Of a stretch of 64,000 nucleotides of DNA, positions 11,272 through 21,950 are shown piece after piece. The DNA lies in the NCBI GenBank assembly GCA_963677435.1, contig OY781945.1, forward strand, positions 1,056,001 to 1,120,000, read 5' to 3'. A program made the translations under genes and the position numbers. The number at the start of each line of letters is the position of its first letter. Positions within the stretch are counted from its first letter, which is position 1. This DNA is from an uncultured Aliarcobacter sp. Lineage in GTDB: Bacteria > Campylobacterota > Campylobacteria > Campylobacterales > Arcobacteraceae. Under the pieces are notes generated by a model, which searched no databases, was not told where the DNA came from, and was given only the letters and a program-made list of their open reading frames with translations.

Positions 11272-11584
11272 ATCTTAATCCTTTTATATATGGATAAATT
11301 ATATAAAAATATCAACAATATCGCTACCCTAAAACTCTAATATCCATGCCTAATTATCCAAATTAAAAATTCAAGATTATAAATCTGTAGAATTAGGCAT
11401 ACAGTATGGATTAATGTTCTAGTTGAATTCTTATAAATGAACTAAAATATTAAAGAATATTTATAAATTGCCAAATTTAATTATATAGAAATAAATTGAG
11501 AAAACAGATGAAAAAAATATTTTTACTGGGTTTCCTAGTGATATGTATGTCCCTTAAAGCTCAAATAAATCAAGGAGAAAAAAT

Positions 11585-12001
11585 ATGAATAATATATCAA
11601 AAATAGAATCAAGAGCATCAATAGTTGTAAGTAAATCAGATTTTAAAAACTATTTTACAGGAGCTGAGGTAAGAATAGATATGCTTTATCCCCAAAGTGA
11701 TGCAAAAACACACGGAGGTGCATATGTAACTTTTGAACCACAAGCTAGAACAAACTGGCATTCTCATCCAGCTGGGCAACATATTATAGTAACTTCTGGT
11801 GTTGGGTACTATCAAGAATGGGGAAAACCTATTCAAGTTATAAAAGCAGGAGATGTTGTTTGGGTTCCAATAAATGTAAAACATTGGCATGGAGCATCAA
11901 AAGATATAGCTATGACACATTTAGTGGTAACTGGTGCAAATCAAGATGGAAAAAATGTTGATTGGCTAGAAGCTGTTAGCGATAAACAATATAATAAATG
12001 A
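11585..12001 (+). CDS. Cupin domain protein
   Basis: VTFEPQARTNWHSHPAGQ, GDVVW, KHWHGA, MTHL. Confidence 0.9.
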   Translation: MNNISKIESRASIVVSKSDFKNYFTGAEVRIDMLYPQSDAKTHGGAYVTFEPQARTNWHSHPAGQHIIVTSGVGYYQEWGKPIQVIKAGDVVWVPINVKHWHGASKDIAMTHLVVTGANQDGKNVDWLEAVSDKQYNK

Positions 12002-12049
12002 AGATTTATTAGAATATTTAGGTTTTAAATACTACCGTTGGGAAAAATC

Positions 12050-13213
12050 ATGGGTGAAAAATCGAACAAAAACGAAAGAAGAGACTTTATTAAAAAAACG
12101 ACAATGCTTGGTGCAGGTTTAGTTTTTTATAACCCCGCAAATATTTTAGCAAATGAAAAAGGATATATAATGAATAAAACAATAAAAACAAAAGCTTATG
12201 CAGCATTCGATGAATCAGGTGTGGTTAAACCATGGGAGTTTGAAAGAAGAGCGGTAGGTGCTGATGATATTTTAATTGAAATAAAAGCAGCAAGTATTTG
12301 TCACTCTGATATTCACCAAGAAAAAGGACATTGGGGAAAACAACAATATCCACAAGTTCCAGGACATGAAATTGCAGGAGTTATCACTCAAGTTGGAAAA
12401 AATGTAACAAAGTTTAAAGTGGGTGATAGAGCTGGGGTTGGTTGTATGGTTGATGGTTGTACTACTTGTGAAAATGAAGAACAGTATCAATCAGATACCT
12501 TGTTTACTTATGGATACCCAGATAAAAGAGAACCAAGTGGAATTACACAAGGTGGATATTCAACTCATATTGTAGTAAGAGACCATTTTGCAGTGCATAT
12601 TCCTGAAAATCTTAGTTTTGAAAAAGCAGCTCCACTTTTATGTGCAGGGATTACAACATATTCACCTATAGTAAATGCTCAAATAAAAAAAGGAGATAAA
12701 GTTGCTGTTGCAGGTATTGGTGGTTTAGGTCATATGGCTGTAAAACTTGCCGTTTCAAAAGGAGCAGAGGTTTATGCATTAACAACAACAGCAGACAAAG
12801 TTGATAGTATAAAAGCAATGGGAGCAAAAGAAGTTATCGTAGTAGATGATACTAAAAAATTACAACAATATGCTGGACAAATGGATTATTTAATTTGCAC
12901 AATTCCATATCAATTTAATGTTGCAGCTTATGCAAGAATTGTTAAACCTTACGGATACTTTACCTTAGTTGGTATGCCAGAAGATTTCAAAATCACTTTA
13001 AATAACCTTGGTTTAGCAGCAAGTAGAGTTAACTTTAATGCTTCACTTATTGGAGGAATGAAAGAGACTCAAGAGATGATAGATTATTGTGTGAAACACA
13101 ATGTTTTACCTGAAATTGAAGTGATTAAAGCTCAAGAGATTACTCAAGCTTGGAAAAATATCGTTGATAAAAAAGCACGATATAGATATGTAATTGATAC
13201 TGCAACAATTTAA
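12050..13213 (+). CDS. Zn-dependent NAD(P)H alcohol dehydrogenase (CAD/YahK-like) with Tat-like leader
   Basis: ICHSDIH, PGHE, LLCAGIT, GIGGLGH; N-terminal RRDFIK. Confidence 0.9.
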   Translation: MGEKSNKNERRDFIKKTTMLGAGLVFYNPANILANEKGYIMNKTIKTKAYAAFDESGVVKPWEFERRAVGADDILIEIKAASICHSDIHQEKGHWGKQQYPQVPGHEIAGVITQVGKNVTKFKVGDRAGVGCMVDGCTTCENEEQYQSDTLFTYGYPDKREPSGITQGGYSTHIVVRDHFAVHIPENLSFEKAAPLLCAGITTYSPIVNAQIKKGDKVAVAGIGGLGHMAVKLAVSKGAEVYALTTTADKVDSIKAMGAKEVIVVDDTKKLQQYAGQMDYLICTIPYQFNVAAYARIVKPYGYFTLVGMPEDFKITLNNLGLAASRVNFNASLIGGMKETQEMIDYCVKHNVLPEIEVIKAQEITQAWKNIVDKKARYRYVIDTATI

Positions 13214-13231
13214 AAGGTTTTAGTGTCGAGT

Positions 13232-13681
13232 ATGAAACAAAAACTATTAATCATTTTTTCATTATTACTATTTTTACAAAGTTTTATGACAATAAGTGCA
13301 AATGAAATAAAACAAAAGGATAAGGATATGGGCAATAAACTTACAATTACAATAGATTCAAAAGAATTTGTTGCAACACTAGAAGAAAATGAAACAGTAA
13401 AAGAATTAAAAAAAAGGCTACCACTTAGTATTACTATGAATGACCTACATAGCAATGAAAAGTATTATCACTTTTCAAAAGCTTTGCCAACAGACAGTTA
13501 TAGCCCTAAGGTTATAAAGGCTGGAGATATAATGCTTTATGATAATTACAGTTTAGTTCTTTTTTATAAAACTTTTTCTACACCATATAAGTATACAAAG
13601 ATAGGTCATATTGATGATACTCATAGTTTAGAAGAAGCTCTTGGTTCAAAAGATATTACTATCACATTTAATCTTAAATAA
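13232..13681 (+). CDS. Cyclophilin-like fold protein with signal peptide
   Basis: LPLSITMNDLHSNEKYY...AGDIMLY...LVLFY...YTKIG pattern. Confidence 0.8.
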   Translation: MKQKLLIIFSLLLFLQSFMTISANEIKQKDKDMGNKLTITIDSKEFVATLEENETVKELKKRLPLSITMNDLHSNEKYYHFSKALPTDSYSPKVIKAGDIMLYDNYSLVLFYKTFSTPYKYTKIGHIDDTHSLEEALGSKDITITFNLK

Positions 13682-13781
13682 TTTTCTCATCACTCAATTA
13701 TGCACGCTAAGGTACAAGAAATAATCTTCTTGTGCCTATCTATCACATAGCAAACAATTTTAAAATATTATTAGGAAAAAC

Positions 13782-14987
13782 ATGAAGAACAGAATAAAAA
13801 TTAATGAAGAGTCTGCTGTTCCCCTTTGGGGTGCAGTTTGGGCGATGTCATTATGTGCAATGGTTTTAGTTGCATCAGAATTTATGCCAGTAAGTTTACT
13901 AACGCCAATAGCCACTGAGTTAGCAATCACAGAAGGTCATGCGGGACAATCTATATCAATATCAGGACTATTTGCATTAGTAACGAGCCTTTTTATTACA
14001 TCAATTATTGGACATACAGATAGACGAAGTGTATTACTTTTTTTTACAGCCTTAATGGGTGTATCAGGAATAATGGTTGCCTTTGCACCTGATTCAAATA
14101 TATTAATGATTGGACGTGCTGTTTTAGGTATTTGTATTGGTGGTTTTTGGTCTATGTCAGCTGCTACAATTATGCGTCTTGTACCTAAAGAAATTGTACC
14201 AAAGGCATTGGCTATTTTAAATGGTGGGAATGCATTAGCAACTACAGTTGCAGCACCCTTAGGAAGTTATCTTGGTGGGATTATTGGTTGGAGAGGTGCT
14301 TTTTTTTGTATTGTTCCAGTTGCCGTTATTGCTTTTGTCTGGCAATATAAAAGTATGCCACACTTGCCTGCAAGGCATTCATATGGACATAGACCAAAAC
14401 TTAGTAGTGTATTTAAACTTTTAAAACAATGGAAAGTAACTTTAGGAATGCTTTCAACCATGTTCTTTTTTATGGGGCAATTTGCACTATTTACTTATCT
14501 TAGACCTTTTCTAGAAATACACACAGGTGTAGATGTTGAAACACTATCACTTGTTTTATTAGCTATGGGTGTATCAGGTCTTATAGGAACTTTTGTTATT
14601 GGAAATATTTTAAAAACAAGACTTTATAGCTTACTCATTGTCATTCCTTTTTTAATGATGATGATTGTAATTTCTCTTCTTTATTTTGGAAGCTCACTAT
14701 TAGCTGTATTTATTCTTATGAGTTTTTGGGGACTTTTGGGAACATCAGCTCCCGTTGCATGGTGGACATGGCTTAGTAAAACTTTACCTAATGATACAGA
14801 AGCTGGTGGAGGATTGATGGTTGCAATTGTACAATTGGCTATTACAGTAGGAGCAGCAGGTGGAGGTTTACTTTTTGATATTTACGGTTATGAAATTACC
14901 TTTGTGTTTAGTGCAATCATTTTAGCAGTTGCCACATTGATGGCAAGTGTAACAGCATTTTATACATATAAAAAAGAAAAAGCATAA
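13782..14987 (+). CDS. MFS transporter (DHA1, NepI-like)
   Basis: About 12 TM segments; SEFMPVSLLTPIA; GWRGAF; FTYLRPFL. Confidence 0.9.
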   Translation: MKNRIKINEESAVPLWGAVWAMSLCAMVLVASEFMPVSLLTPIATELAITEGHAGQSISISGLFALVTSLFITSIIGHTDRRSVLLFFTALMGVSGIMVAFAPDSNILMIGRAVLGICIGGFWSMSAATIMRLVPKEIVPKALAILNGGNALATTVAAPLGSYLGGIIGWRGAFFCIVPVAVIAFVWQYKSMPHLPARHSYGHRPKLSSVFKLLKQWKVTLGMLSTMFFFMGQFALFTYLRPFLEIHTGVDVETLSLVLLAMGVSGLIGTFVIGNILKTRLYSLLIVIPFLMMMIVISLLYFGSSLLAVFILMSFWGLLGTSAPVAWWTWLSKTLPNDTEAGGGLMVAIVQLAITVGAAGGGLLFDIYGYEITFVFSAIILAVATLMASVTAFYTYKKEKA

Positions 14988-15222
14988 TTAAAAGTTGTTT
15001 TGTAATATATCTTTTTTGATGTACTAAAATTAATAGAAAAAATAATCAAAAGCTACTATAGTGTTTTAGATATAAGAGTTTAAGTGAGGAAAAAATTCGA
15101 ATTTATAAAAAGATGAATTAATCAAATAAGGGATAAGAATAAAGATTTATTAATTGTGAGATATTTAACGAATAAAGTCAAAAGAAAAACCCTTTTAGGG
15201 TATCTATTTTTATAAAAAGTAT

Positions 15223-15621
15223 TGGTGGAGATGTGCGGGATCGAACCGCAGTCTTAAAACAGATCATATAAGCGTCTACATGCTTAGCAGAGTTGAATAA
15301 TTTCACTTTACAACAGCTCAACTCCCCAGGCAATCATAAAGCTAAGATTTGGAATTTCTCTTTGAGTTTCAATCACCTTCTCAAAAATAATCTATCTAGT
15401 GTGAACCAGCATTTACCTACATAGATAGAATCTGTAGTGCCAGTCTCCAAAAGACTCAAGCCCGAAGGCGAGTCAGTAAGTTTTTAAAACTTACGCAGCT
15501 TTTGCGTAAGCTGGAGCGTAATTAGTATTATTTGCGTCTAAAAAAAATGAACCGCGTAACGGCATGTTCAGGCCGACATGCAACTTATACTCACTGCTCT
15601 AATCGATGCCAAGTCATCCCC
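15223..15621 (-). ncRNA. ssrA: Transfer-messenger RNA
   Basis: 5' GGGGATGACTTGGCATCGA; 3' T-arm GCGGTTCGATCCCGC then ATCTCCACCA; tag frame ANNTNYAPAYAKAA* at 15535-15491. Confidence 0.97.
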
Positions 15622-15770
15622 ATAACTTAAAAACGAAGTTTACAAAATATATTATTAAAAAGATGTTAATGTAATCAAAATGTTACTAAATGATAAATTG
15701 GATTTTGTTTCATTCGTTCTTATACTTTAAAACTGTATAATGGTTACATAAAAATATATCGGAGTGAATA

Positions 15771-16967
15771 ATGAGTAAAAAAGGTATTTTAATTATCGGA
15801 GCAGGTGGAGTTAGTCGAGTAGCCACTGTTAAATGTGCAATGAACATCGACACTTTTGAAAAGATTACATTGGCATCAAGAACAGTTTCAAAATGTGAAT
15901 CTATTGCTGCTGATATTTTAAAAAATCAAGGAGTACAAATTGATGTAGCTTCTGTTGATGCTGATAATGTAGATGAATTAGCAAAATTAATTCAAAAAAT
16001 AAATCCAAAATTAGTACTAAATGTAGCTTTACCTTATCAAGATTTAACAATTATGGACGCTTGTACAAAATGTGGAGTTGATTATGTAGATACTGCAAAC
16101 TACGAACATCCTGATGAAGCAAAATTTGAATACAAATTACAATGGGCAAGAAATGACCAATTCAAAGAAGCTGGAATCATGGGATTATTAGGTTCAGGTT
16201 TTGACCCAGGTGTAACTGGAGTATTTTGTGCTTATGCTCAACAAAACTTATTTGATGAAATCCACACTATAGATATTATGGATTGTAATGCTGGTGACCA
16301 CGGTTACAAATTTGCTACAAACTTTAATCCAGAAATTAACCTAAGAGAAGTATCTGCAAATGGTAGATATTGGGAAAATGGACAATGGATTGAAACTACA
16401 CCTCTAGAAATCAGAGTTGACCATGATTATCCAGAAGTTGGAGTAAAAGCTTCTTATCTTTTATACCACGAAGAGTTAGAATCATTAGTTAAAAATATCA
16501 AAGGTTTAAAAAGAATTAGATTCTTTATGACATTTGGAGATGCTTATATTCAACATATGAATTGTTTACAAAATGTTGGAATGTTAGGAATTGAGCCAGT
16601 TGAACATAAAGGAATGATGATTACTCCAATTGAATTCTTAACTACTCTTTTACCAGATCCTGCAAGCTTAGGACCACGAACTGTTGGTAAAACAAATATT
16701 GGATGTATCATTGAAGGTATTAAAGATGGAAAACCAAGAAAAGTTTACATTTACAACGTTTGTGACCACCAAGAGTGTTATAAAGAAACAGGAGCACAAG
16801 CTGTAAGTTATACTACAGGAGTTCCAGCAATGATTGGTTCTAAATTACTTTATAAAGGTATTTGGAAAAATCAAGGTGTATTTAATATTGAAGAGTTTGA
16901 TGCAAAACCATTTATGGATGAGTTGATGACTCAAGGTCTTCCTTGGAAAATCATCGAGTTGAATTAA
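15771..16967 (+). CDS. Carboxy(nor)spermidine dehydrogenase (saccharopine dehydrogenase family)
   Basis: IIGAGGV, GSGFDPGVT, FATNFNPEINLRE; adjacent to nspC. Confidence 0.92.
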   Translation: MSKKGILIIGAGGVSRVATVKCAMNIDTFEKITLASRTVSKCESIAADILKNQGVQIDVASVDADNVDELAKLIQKINPKLVLNVALPYQDLTIMDACTKCGVDYVDTANYEHPDEAKFEYKLQWARNDQFKEAGIMGLLGSGFDPGVTGVFCAYAQQNLFDEIHTIDIMDCNAGDHGYKFATNFNPEINLREVSANGRYWENGQWIETTPLEIRVDHDYPEVGVKASYLLYHEELESLVKNIKGLKRIRFFMTFGDAYIQHMNCLQNVGMLGIEPVEHKGMMITPIEFLTTLLPDPASLGPRTVGKTNIGCIIEGIKDGKPRKVYIYNVCDHQECYKETGAQAVSYTTGVPAMIGSKLLYKGIWKNQGVFNIEEFDAKPFMDELMTQGLPWKIIELN

Positions 16968-17081
16968 TTCTTTTTTCCATACTCTGCGTTGAAGATTAAA
17001 TTTTAATCGGTCGTTTACTATTTGTAAACTCTCTCATAAAATTCAATCTTCGCCTTAATTATGAAAAAAATCTTTTAATTC
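16962..17081. repeat. Long imperfect palindrome (REP/IRU-like)
   Basis: Nested arms TTTTTTCCATA/TATGAAAAAAA, GAAGATT/AATCTTC and GTTTAC/GTAAAC around a TATTT loop. Confidence 0.6.
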
Positions 17082-17107
17082 ATAAATTTATTCTAAAAGG
17101 ATAAAAA

Positions 17108-17272
17108 ATGAAAAAATATATTTGTACGGCGTGTGATTATATTTATGATCCAGCAATAGGTGATCCTGATTCAGGGATTCAAGCAGGAACTGCATTTGAG
17201 GATTTGCCAGAAGATTGGGAATGTCCAGATTGTGGTGTAAGTAAAGAGGATTTTGAGCCACTTGAAGACTAA
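17108..17272 (+). CDS. Rubredoxin
   Basis: Missing from the ORF track (54 aa): [15 protein letters not shown]...[28 protein letters not shown]. Confidence 0.96.
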   Translation: MKKYICTACDYIYDPAIGDPDSGIQAGTAFEDLPEDWECPDCGVSKEDFEPLED

Positions 17273-18410
17273 TAATATAATAGTAGATAGTTTTGACAAA
17301 CTACCAAGTCCAAGTTTTGTGTGTGAAGAGAAACTTTTAGAAAAGAATCTAATTCTTCTAAAAAGAATTCAAGATGAAGCAGATGTAAATATTCTTTTAG
17401 CACTAAAAGGTTTTGCTTTATGGTCAACTTTTGATTTATGCAAAAAATATCTAAAAGGATGTTGTGCATCTGGACTTCATGAAGCAATTTTAGCAAAAGA
17501 AGAGTTTGGCGGAGAAGTTCACACTTATTCTGCTGCTTTTAAAGATGATGAAATTGATGAGATTATTTCAATATCAAATCATGTGGTTTTTAACTCTTTT
17601 AATCAATTAAAAAGATACAAAGATAAAGCTTTTGGAAAAACATCATTAGGAATTAGATTAAATCCTGAATACTCATCTGTTGAAGTAGATTTATATAATC
17701 CTTGTGCACCATTTTCAAGAATGGGAACAACAAAAGCAAATTTTGATGAGTCTTTATTAGAGTATTTAGATGGTTTCCATTTTCATGCACTTTGTGAACA
17801 AAATGTTGATGCTCTAGAAGGAGCATTAGCAGCTTTTGAAGATAAATTTTCTCAATATTTCGACAAACTAAAATGGGTAAATTTTGGTGGTGGTCATCAT
17901 ATTACAAGAGCTGATTATGATGTTGAGGGATTAATAAAACTTTTAAAAGATTTTAAATCAAGATACCCACATCTAAAAGTTTATTTAGAACCTGGTGAAG
18001 CTATTGGTTGGCAAACTGGTTATTTAGTGGGAACAGTCTTAGATGTAATAAATAATGGTATGGATTTAGTTATTTTAGACACATCAGCAGAAGCTCATAT
18101 GCCCGATACTTTAGCTATGCCATATCGAGCAATGATAAGAAATTCAGGTCTTGCAGGTGAAAAGAAGCATACTTATAGATTGGGTGGAAATACTTGTTTA
18201 GCGGGTGATATTATTGGAGATTACTCTTTTGATAAACCTTTAGAAGTAGGGGATAAAATCATCTTTGAAGATATGATTCATTATACAATGGTTAAAACTA
18301 CAACTTTTAATGGTATAAAATTACCATCAATTATAATAAAACATAATGATGAGTGTTATCAAATTGTAAAAAACTTTGGTTATAATGATTATAAACAAAG
18401 ACTTTCATAG
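17262..18410 (+). CDS. nspC: Carboxynorspermidine decarboxylase
   Basis: [37 protein letters not shown]; probable TTG start overlapping the rubredoxin stop. Confidence 0.95.
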   Translation: MKTNNIIVDSFDKLPSPSFVCEEKLLEKNLILLKRIQDEADVNILLALKGFALWSTFDLCKKYLKGCCASGLHEAILAKEEFGGEVHTYSAAFKDDEIDEIISISNHVVFNSFNQLKRYKDKAFGKTSLGIRLNPEYSSVEVDLYNPCAPFSRMGTTKANFDESLLEYLDGFHFHALCEQNVDALEGALAAFEDKFSQYFDKLKWVNFGGGHHITRADYDVEGLIKLLKDFKSRYPHLKVYLEPGEAIGWQTGYLVGTVLDVINNGMDLVILDTSAEAHMPDTLAMPYRAMIRNSGLAGEKKHTYRLGGNTCLAGDIIGDYSFDKPLEVGDKIIFEDMIHYTMVKTTTFNGIKLPSIIIKHNDECYQIVKNFGYNDYKQRLS

Positions 18411-18418
18411 GAGATTAA

Positions 18419-19357
18419 ATGACGGGGCATGAAAGAAATATTATTGATAATGAATTTTCAGATATGGAAGAAATAGATACAAAAGATTCAATAAAACATA
18501 ATTATAAAGATAAGAGTAGAAAAAGAGAAGATTTAGCCAAAAAAGAAGAAGAGGGAACAAAAAAAGTTCAAATTTGGGTTAGAGAAGAGACTTTACAATA
18601 TGAACAAGAGTTAACAAAACTTCAAATAGAACTTTTAAAACTTCAAAATCATGTAAAAGAAAATGGTCTTAAACTTTTAATGATATTTGAAGGTAGAGAT
18701 GCTGCTGGAAAAGGTGGTACTATTAAAAGAATTACAGAACATTTAAATCCTAGGGGAGCTAGAGTTGTTGCTTTAGAAAAACCAAGTGATATAGAAAGAA
18801 CTCAATGGTATTTTCAAAGATATACTCAATATCTTCCAAGTTCAGGTGAAATAGTTTTATTTGATAGATCTTGGTATAACAGAGCAGGTGTTGAACCTGT
18901 TATGGGATTTTGTACAACTGAAGAACACCATGAATTCTTAAGAGAAGTTCCTGAATTTGAAAAAATGTTAGTGAAATCTGGAATTATTTTAATGAAATTT
19001 TATTTTTCTGTTTCAAAAAAAGAGCAGTTAAAAAGATTTAAAAAAAGAGAAATTGATCCTTTAAAACAATATAAACTCTCTCCTGTGGATAAAGAGTCTC
19101 AAAATTTATGGGATAAATATACAATTGCAAAATTTTCTATGTTAATGGCTTCTAATACAGACATTGCCCCTTGGACTGTAATTAAAAGTGATAATAAAAA
19201 AAGAGCTAGATTAAATTGTATAAGGCATATTTTATCTCAAGTGAATTATGCAAATAAAACTGATGAAAATTTATTTGAAGTTGAAAATGAAATATTAATT
19301 AGTGGAACAGAAGAAATAGAGAATATGGAACAAGACAATAAATTTGCGAGGTTATAA
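18419..19357 (+). CDS. ppk2: Polyphosphate kinase 2
   Basis: FEGRDAAGKGG, FDRSWYNRAGVE. Confidence 0.95.
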   Translation: MTGHERNIIDNEFSDMEEIDTKDSIKHNYKDKSRKREDLAKKEEEGTKKVQIWVREETLQYEQELTKLQIELLKLQNHVKENGLKLLMIFEGRDAAGKGGTIKRITEHLNPRGARVVALEKPSDIERTQWYFQRYTQYLPSSGEIVLFDRSWYNRAGVEPVMGFCTTEEHHEFLREVPEFEKMLVKSGIILMKFYFSVSKKEQLKRFKKREIDPLKQYKLSPVDKESQNLWDKYTIAKFSMLMASNTDIAPWTVIKSDNKKRARLNCIRHILSQVNYANKTDENLFEVENEILISGTEEIENMEQDNKFARL

Positions 19358-19360
19358 TAG

Positions 19361-20491
19361 ATGAATTTAGGTGATTTTGAAAGAACAAATTATAGTGGAT
19401 TATATATCTCAAAACAGAGCCATCCTGAATATGGAAATAAATACATAGCAAGATTTCAGCATGATAAAAAGAGATATGTAAAAGTTTTAGGTTATTCAAA
19501 AAGAGATAATTTAACTAGAAAAGATGCTTTTGAGTTACTAAAATCATTTAAAGAGTCTATTTTACAAAAATCTGAAGAGATAGTTGAAGAAAAAATTAAT
19601 TTACAGGAAAATAATTTGTTAGCTAAAGATAATGAAATTTTAAAAAAAGTACAAGAAGAAAATGAATTATTAAAATCAATTATAGGGGATTATAAAAAGT
19701 TAAATCCACAAGTTTTATCAGAGGGAATTCAAAAAATTTATGATTTAGATGCTTTGAAAAAATATCAAATAGAATTGATAAAACTTCAAAATTGGCTTGA
19801 AAAAGAGAATAAGCGTATGATTATTATCTTTGAAGGAAGAGATGCTTCTGGAAAAGGTGGAGCAATTAGAAGAATTACTAGATATATGAATAATAAACAC
19901 TATAGAGTAGTAGCTCTTGGAAAACCAACTGAAACACAAAAAAATGAATGGTTTTTACAAAGATATATCGAGCATTTTCCAACAGGTGGAGAGATAGTTT
20001 TATTTGATAGATCTTGGTATAACAGAGCAATGGTTGAGCCTATTTTTGGATTTTGTACACCAGAAGAGCATGAAATCTTTATGGAAGATATTGTTAATTT
20101 TGAGCAAGATTTAGTAAGACAAGGAATGATTTTAATTAAATTATATTTTTCTGTTTCAAAAGAAGAACAAAAAAGAAGATTTGATAGAAGAATCGAAGAT
20201 CCATTAAGACAATGGAAGTTCTCTGAAGTTGATATGCAAGCTCAAGATTTATGGGATGAATTCTCAGAAAAAAAATATGAAATGTTAAGACGAACAACTT
20301 CAAGATCTGCACCTTGGCATATTGTAAGAAGTGATGATAAACACAAAGCTAGACTTGAAGCTATGAAAATTATTTTAAATTCTGTTGATTATGATGGAAG
20401 AAATTATTCATTAGATTTTGATGCAAATGAAGAGATTAATATCTCTGTTCAAAAAGAACTTCTACAAATGAGAAAATCAAAAGATTACTAA
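19361..20491 (+). CDS. ppk2: Polyphosphate kinase 2 with extra N-terminal domain
   Basis: FEGRDASGKGG, FDRSWYNRAMVE; about 120-aa N-terminal extension. Confidence 0.93.
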   Translation: MNLGDFERTNYSGLYISKQSHPEYGNKYIARFQHDKKRYVKVLGYSKRDNLTRKDAFELLKSFKESILQKSEEIVEEKINLQENNLLAKDNEILKKVQEENELLKSIIGDYKKLNPQVLSEGIQKIYDLDALKKYQIELIKLQNWLEKENKRMIIIFEGRDASGKGGAIRRITRYMNNKHYRVVALGKPTETQKNEWFLQRYIEHFPTGGEIVLFDRSWYNRAMVEPIFGFCTPEEHEIFMEDIVNFEQDLVRQGMILIKLYFSVSKEEQKRRFDRRIEDPLRQWKFSEVDMQAQDLWDEFSEKKYEMLRRTTSRSAPWHIVRSDDKHKARLEAMKIILNSVDYDGRNYSLDFDANEEINISVQKELLQMRKSKDY

Positions 20492-20632
20492 ATCTTTTGA
20501 TTTTCTATACTAAAACTACAAAAAACTTATATAAATACTTCATCAAAACTCATTAAAATCAATGTTTTATTAAAGACTTAGTAATATTTAGATAAAATCA
20601 GCGTTAAAATTATAACAATCGGAGTAAATTTA

Positions 20633-21934
20633 ATGGAATTTAGCGCAAATAAAGTTGATGGTGCAAATGCTGTAATAACTGCAACTATCGCAAAAGAAGT
20701 AATAGAAGCAAATTTAGATAAAGTAGCAAAAGAAGCTGCTAAAACTATGAATGTTCAAGGTTTTAGAAAAGGTAAAGTTCCTGTAGCTGTTGTGAAACAA
20801 AGATTTGCAGATAAATTAAGAGAAGATGCAGAAGCTGATGCTTTAAGAAAAATTTTAAATGATGCTTTAAAAGAGTTAAATATTGCTAATGCAGATTTAA
20901 TTGGTGAGCCAACTATTTCAAAATTTGACAAAAAAGAAGATGGTTCTATTGATATAGAAATTGCTGTTGCTTGTAAACCAACTATTGATTTAGGTGATTA
21001 TAAATCTTTAATTCCAGCAGTTGAAGATAAAGAAGTAGATGCAAAAGATATTGATGCAAGATTAGAAGAAATTTCTAAATCTTCTGCGCCATTAGAAAAA
21101 ATTGCAAGAAAAAGAGCTGCAAAAGATGGTGACCATGCTGTTATCGATTTTGAAGGTTTTGTTGATGGTGTTGCATTTGAAGGTGGAAAAGCTGAAAAAT
21201 ATCCATTATTAATTGGTTCAGGTTCATTTATTCCAGGATTTGAAGAACAAGTTATTGGTATGAAATATGAAGAGCAAAAAGATATTGTTGTAACTTTCCC
21301 TGAGTCTTACCAAGCAAAAAACTTAGCTGGAAAAGAAGCTACATTTAAAGTAACTTTACATGAAATTCAAGAAAAAGTTGCAGCTGAATTAAATGACGAA
21401 TTTGCACAAAAAATGTTACCAGGTGAAGAAAATGTAACAATTGATACTTTAAGAGAAAAAATTAAAGAGCAAATTAAAGCAGAATCTATGAGTAAATATT
21501 ATAGAGAAGAATTAAAACCTGCATATTTAGAAACTTTAGTTCAGAGAATAGAATTTGCATTACCAAATTCTGTAGTTGATCAAGAGATTAACTATGCTTT
21601 AAACAATAAAGTAAGAACAATGAGCGAAGATGAAATTTCTGCATTAAGAGAAAATGAATCTAAAGTTGAAGAAATCAGAAATGAATTAAAAGAAGATGCA
21701 GTTAATTCTGTAAAAGCTACATTCATTATTGATGCATTAGCTAAAGCTGAAAATGTAGAAGTGTCTGATCAAGAAGTTATGCAAGTTCTTTATTATGAGG
21801 CAATGCAAATGGGACAAAATCCTCAAGATGTTGTAAAACAATATCAAGAAGCTGGATACCTACCTGCAATTAAAATGTCTATGATTGAAGAGAAAGTTAT
21901 ATCTAAATTATTAGATGAAAAATTAGGAAAATAA
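20633..21934 (+). CDS. tig: Trigger factor
   Basis: GFRKGKVP signature; FKBP domain FIPGFEEQ. Confidence 0.97.
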   Translation: MEFSANKVDGANAVITATIAKEVIEANLDKVAKEAAKTMNVQGFRKGKVPVAVVKQRFADKLREDAEADALRKILNDALKELNIANADLIGEPTISKFDKKEDGSIDIEIAVACKPTIDLGDYKSLIPAVEDKEVDAKDIDARLEEISKSSAPLEKIARKRAAKDGDHAVIDFEGFVDGVAFEGGKAEKYPLLIGSGSFIPGFEEQVIGMKYEEQKDIVVTFPESYQAKNLAGKEATFKVTLHEIQEKVAAELNDEFAQKMLPGEENVTIDTLREKIKEQIKAESMSKYYREELKPAYLETLVQRIEFALPNSVVDQEINYALNNKVRTMSEDEISALRENESKVEEIRNELKEDAVNSVKATFIIDALAKAENVEVSDQEVMQVLYYEAMQMGQNPQDVVKQYQEAGYLPAIKMSMIEEKVISKLLDEKLGK

Positions 21935-21950
21935 TAAGATAGGAATGATT

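Larger units (their letters stand above)
9128..15222. mobile_element. Degenerate genomic island at the tmRNA 3' end
   Basis: Abuts the ssrA 3' end; contains the AlpA relic and an accessory redox/efflux cluster. No integrase or clear att duplication found, and the left boundary is approximate. Confidence 0.45.

Noticed and set aside
18851..20029. Identical 36-bp stretch in both ppk2 genes (18851-18886 and 19994-20029)
   Set aside because: It encodes the conserved IVLFDRSWYNRA motif; protein constraint plus AT codon bias explains it without gene conversion.
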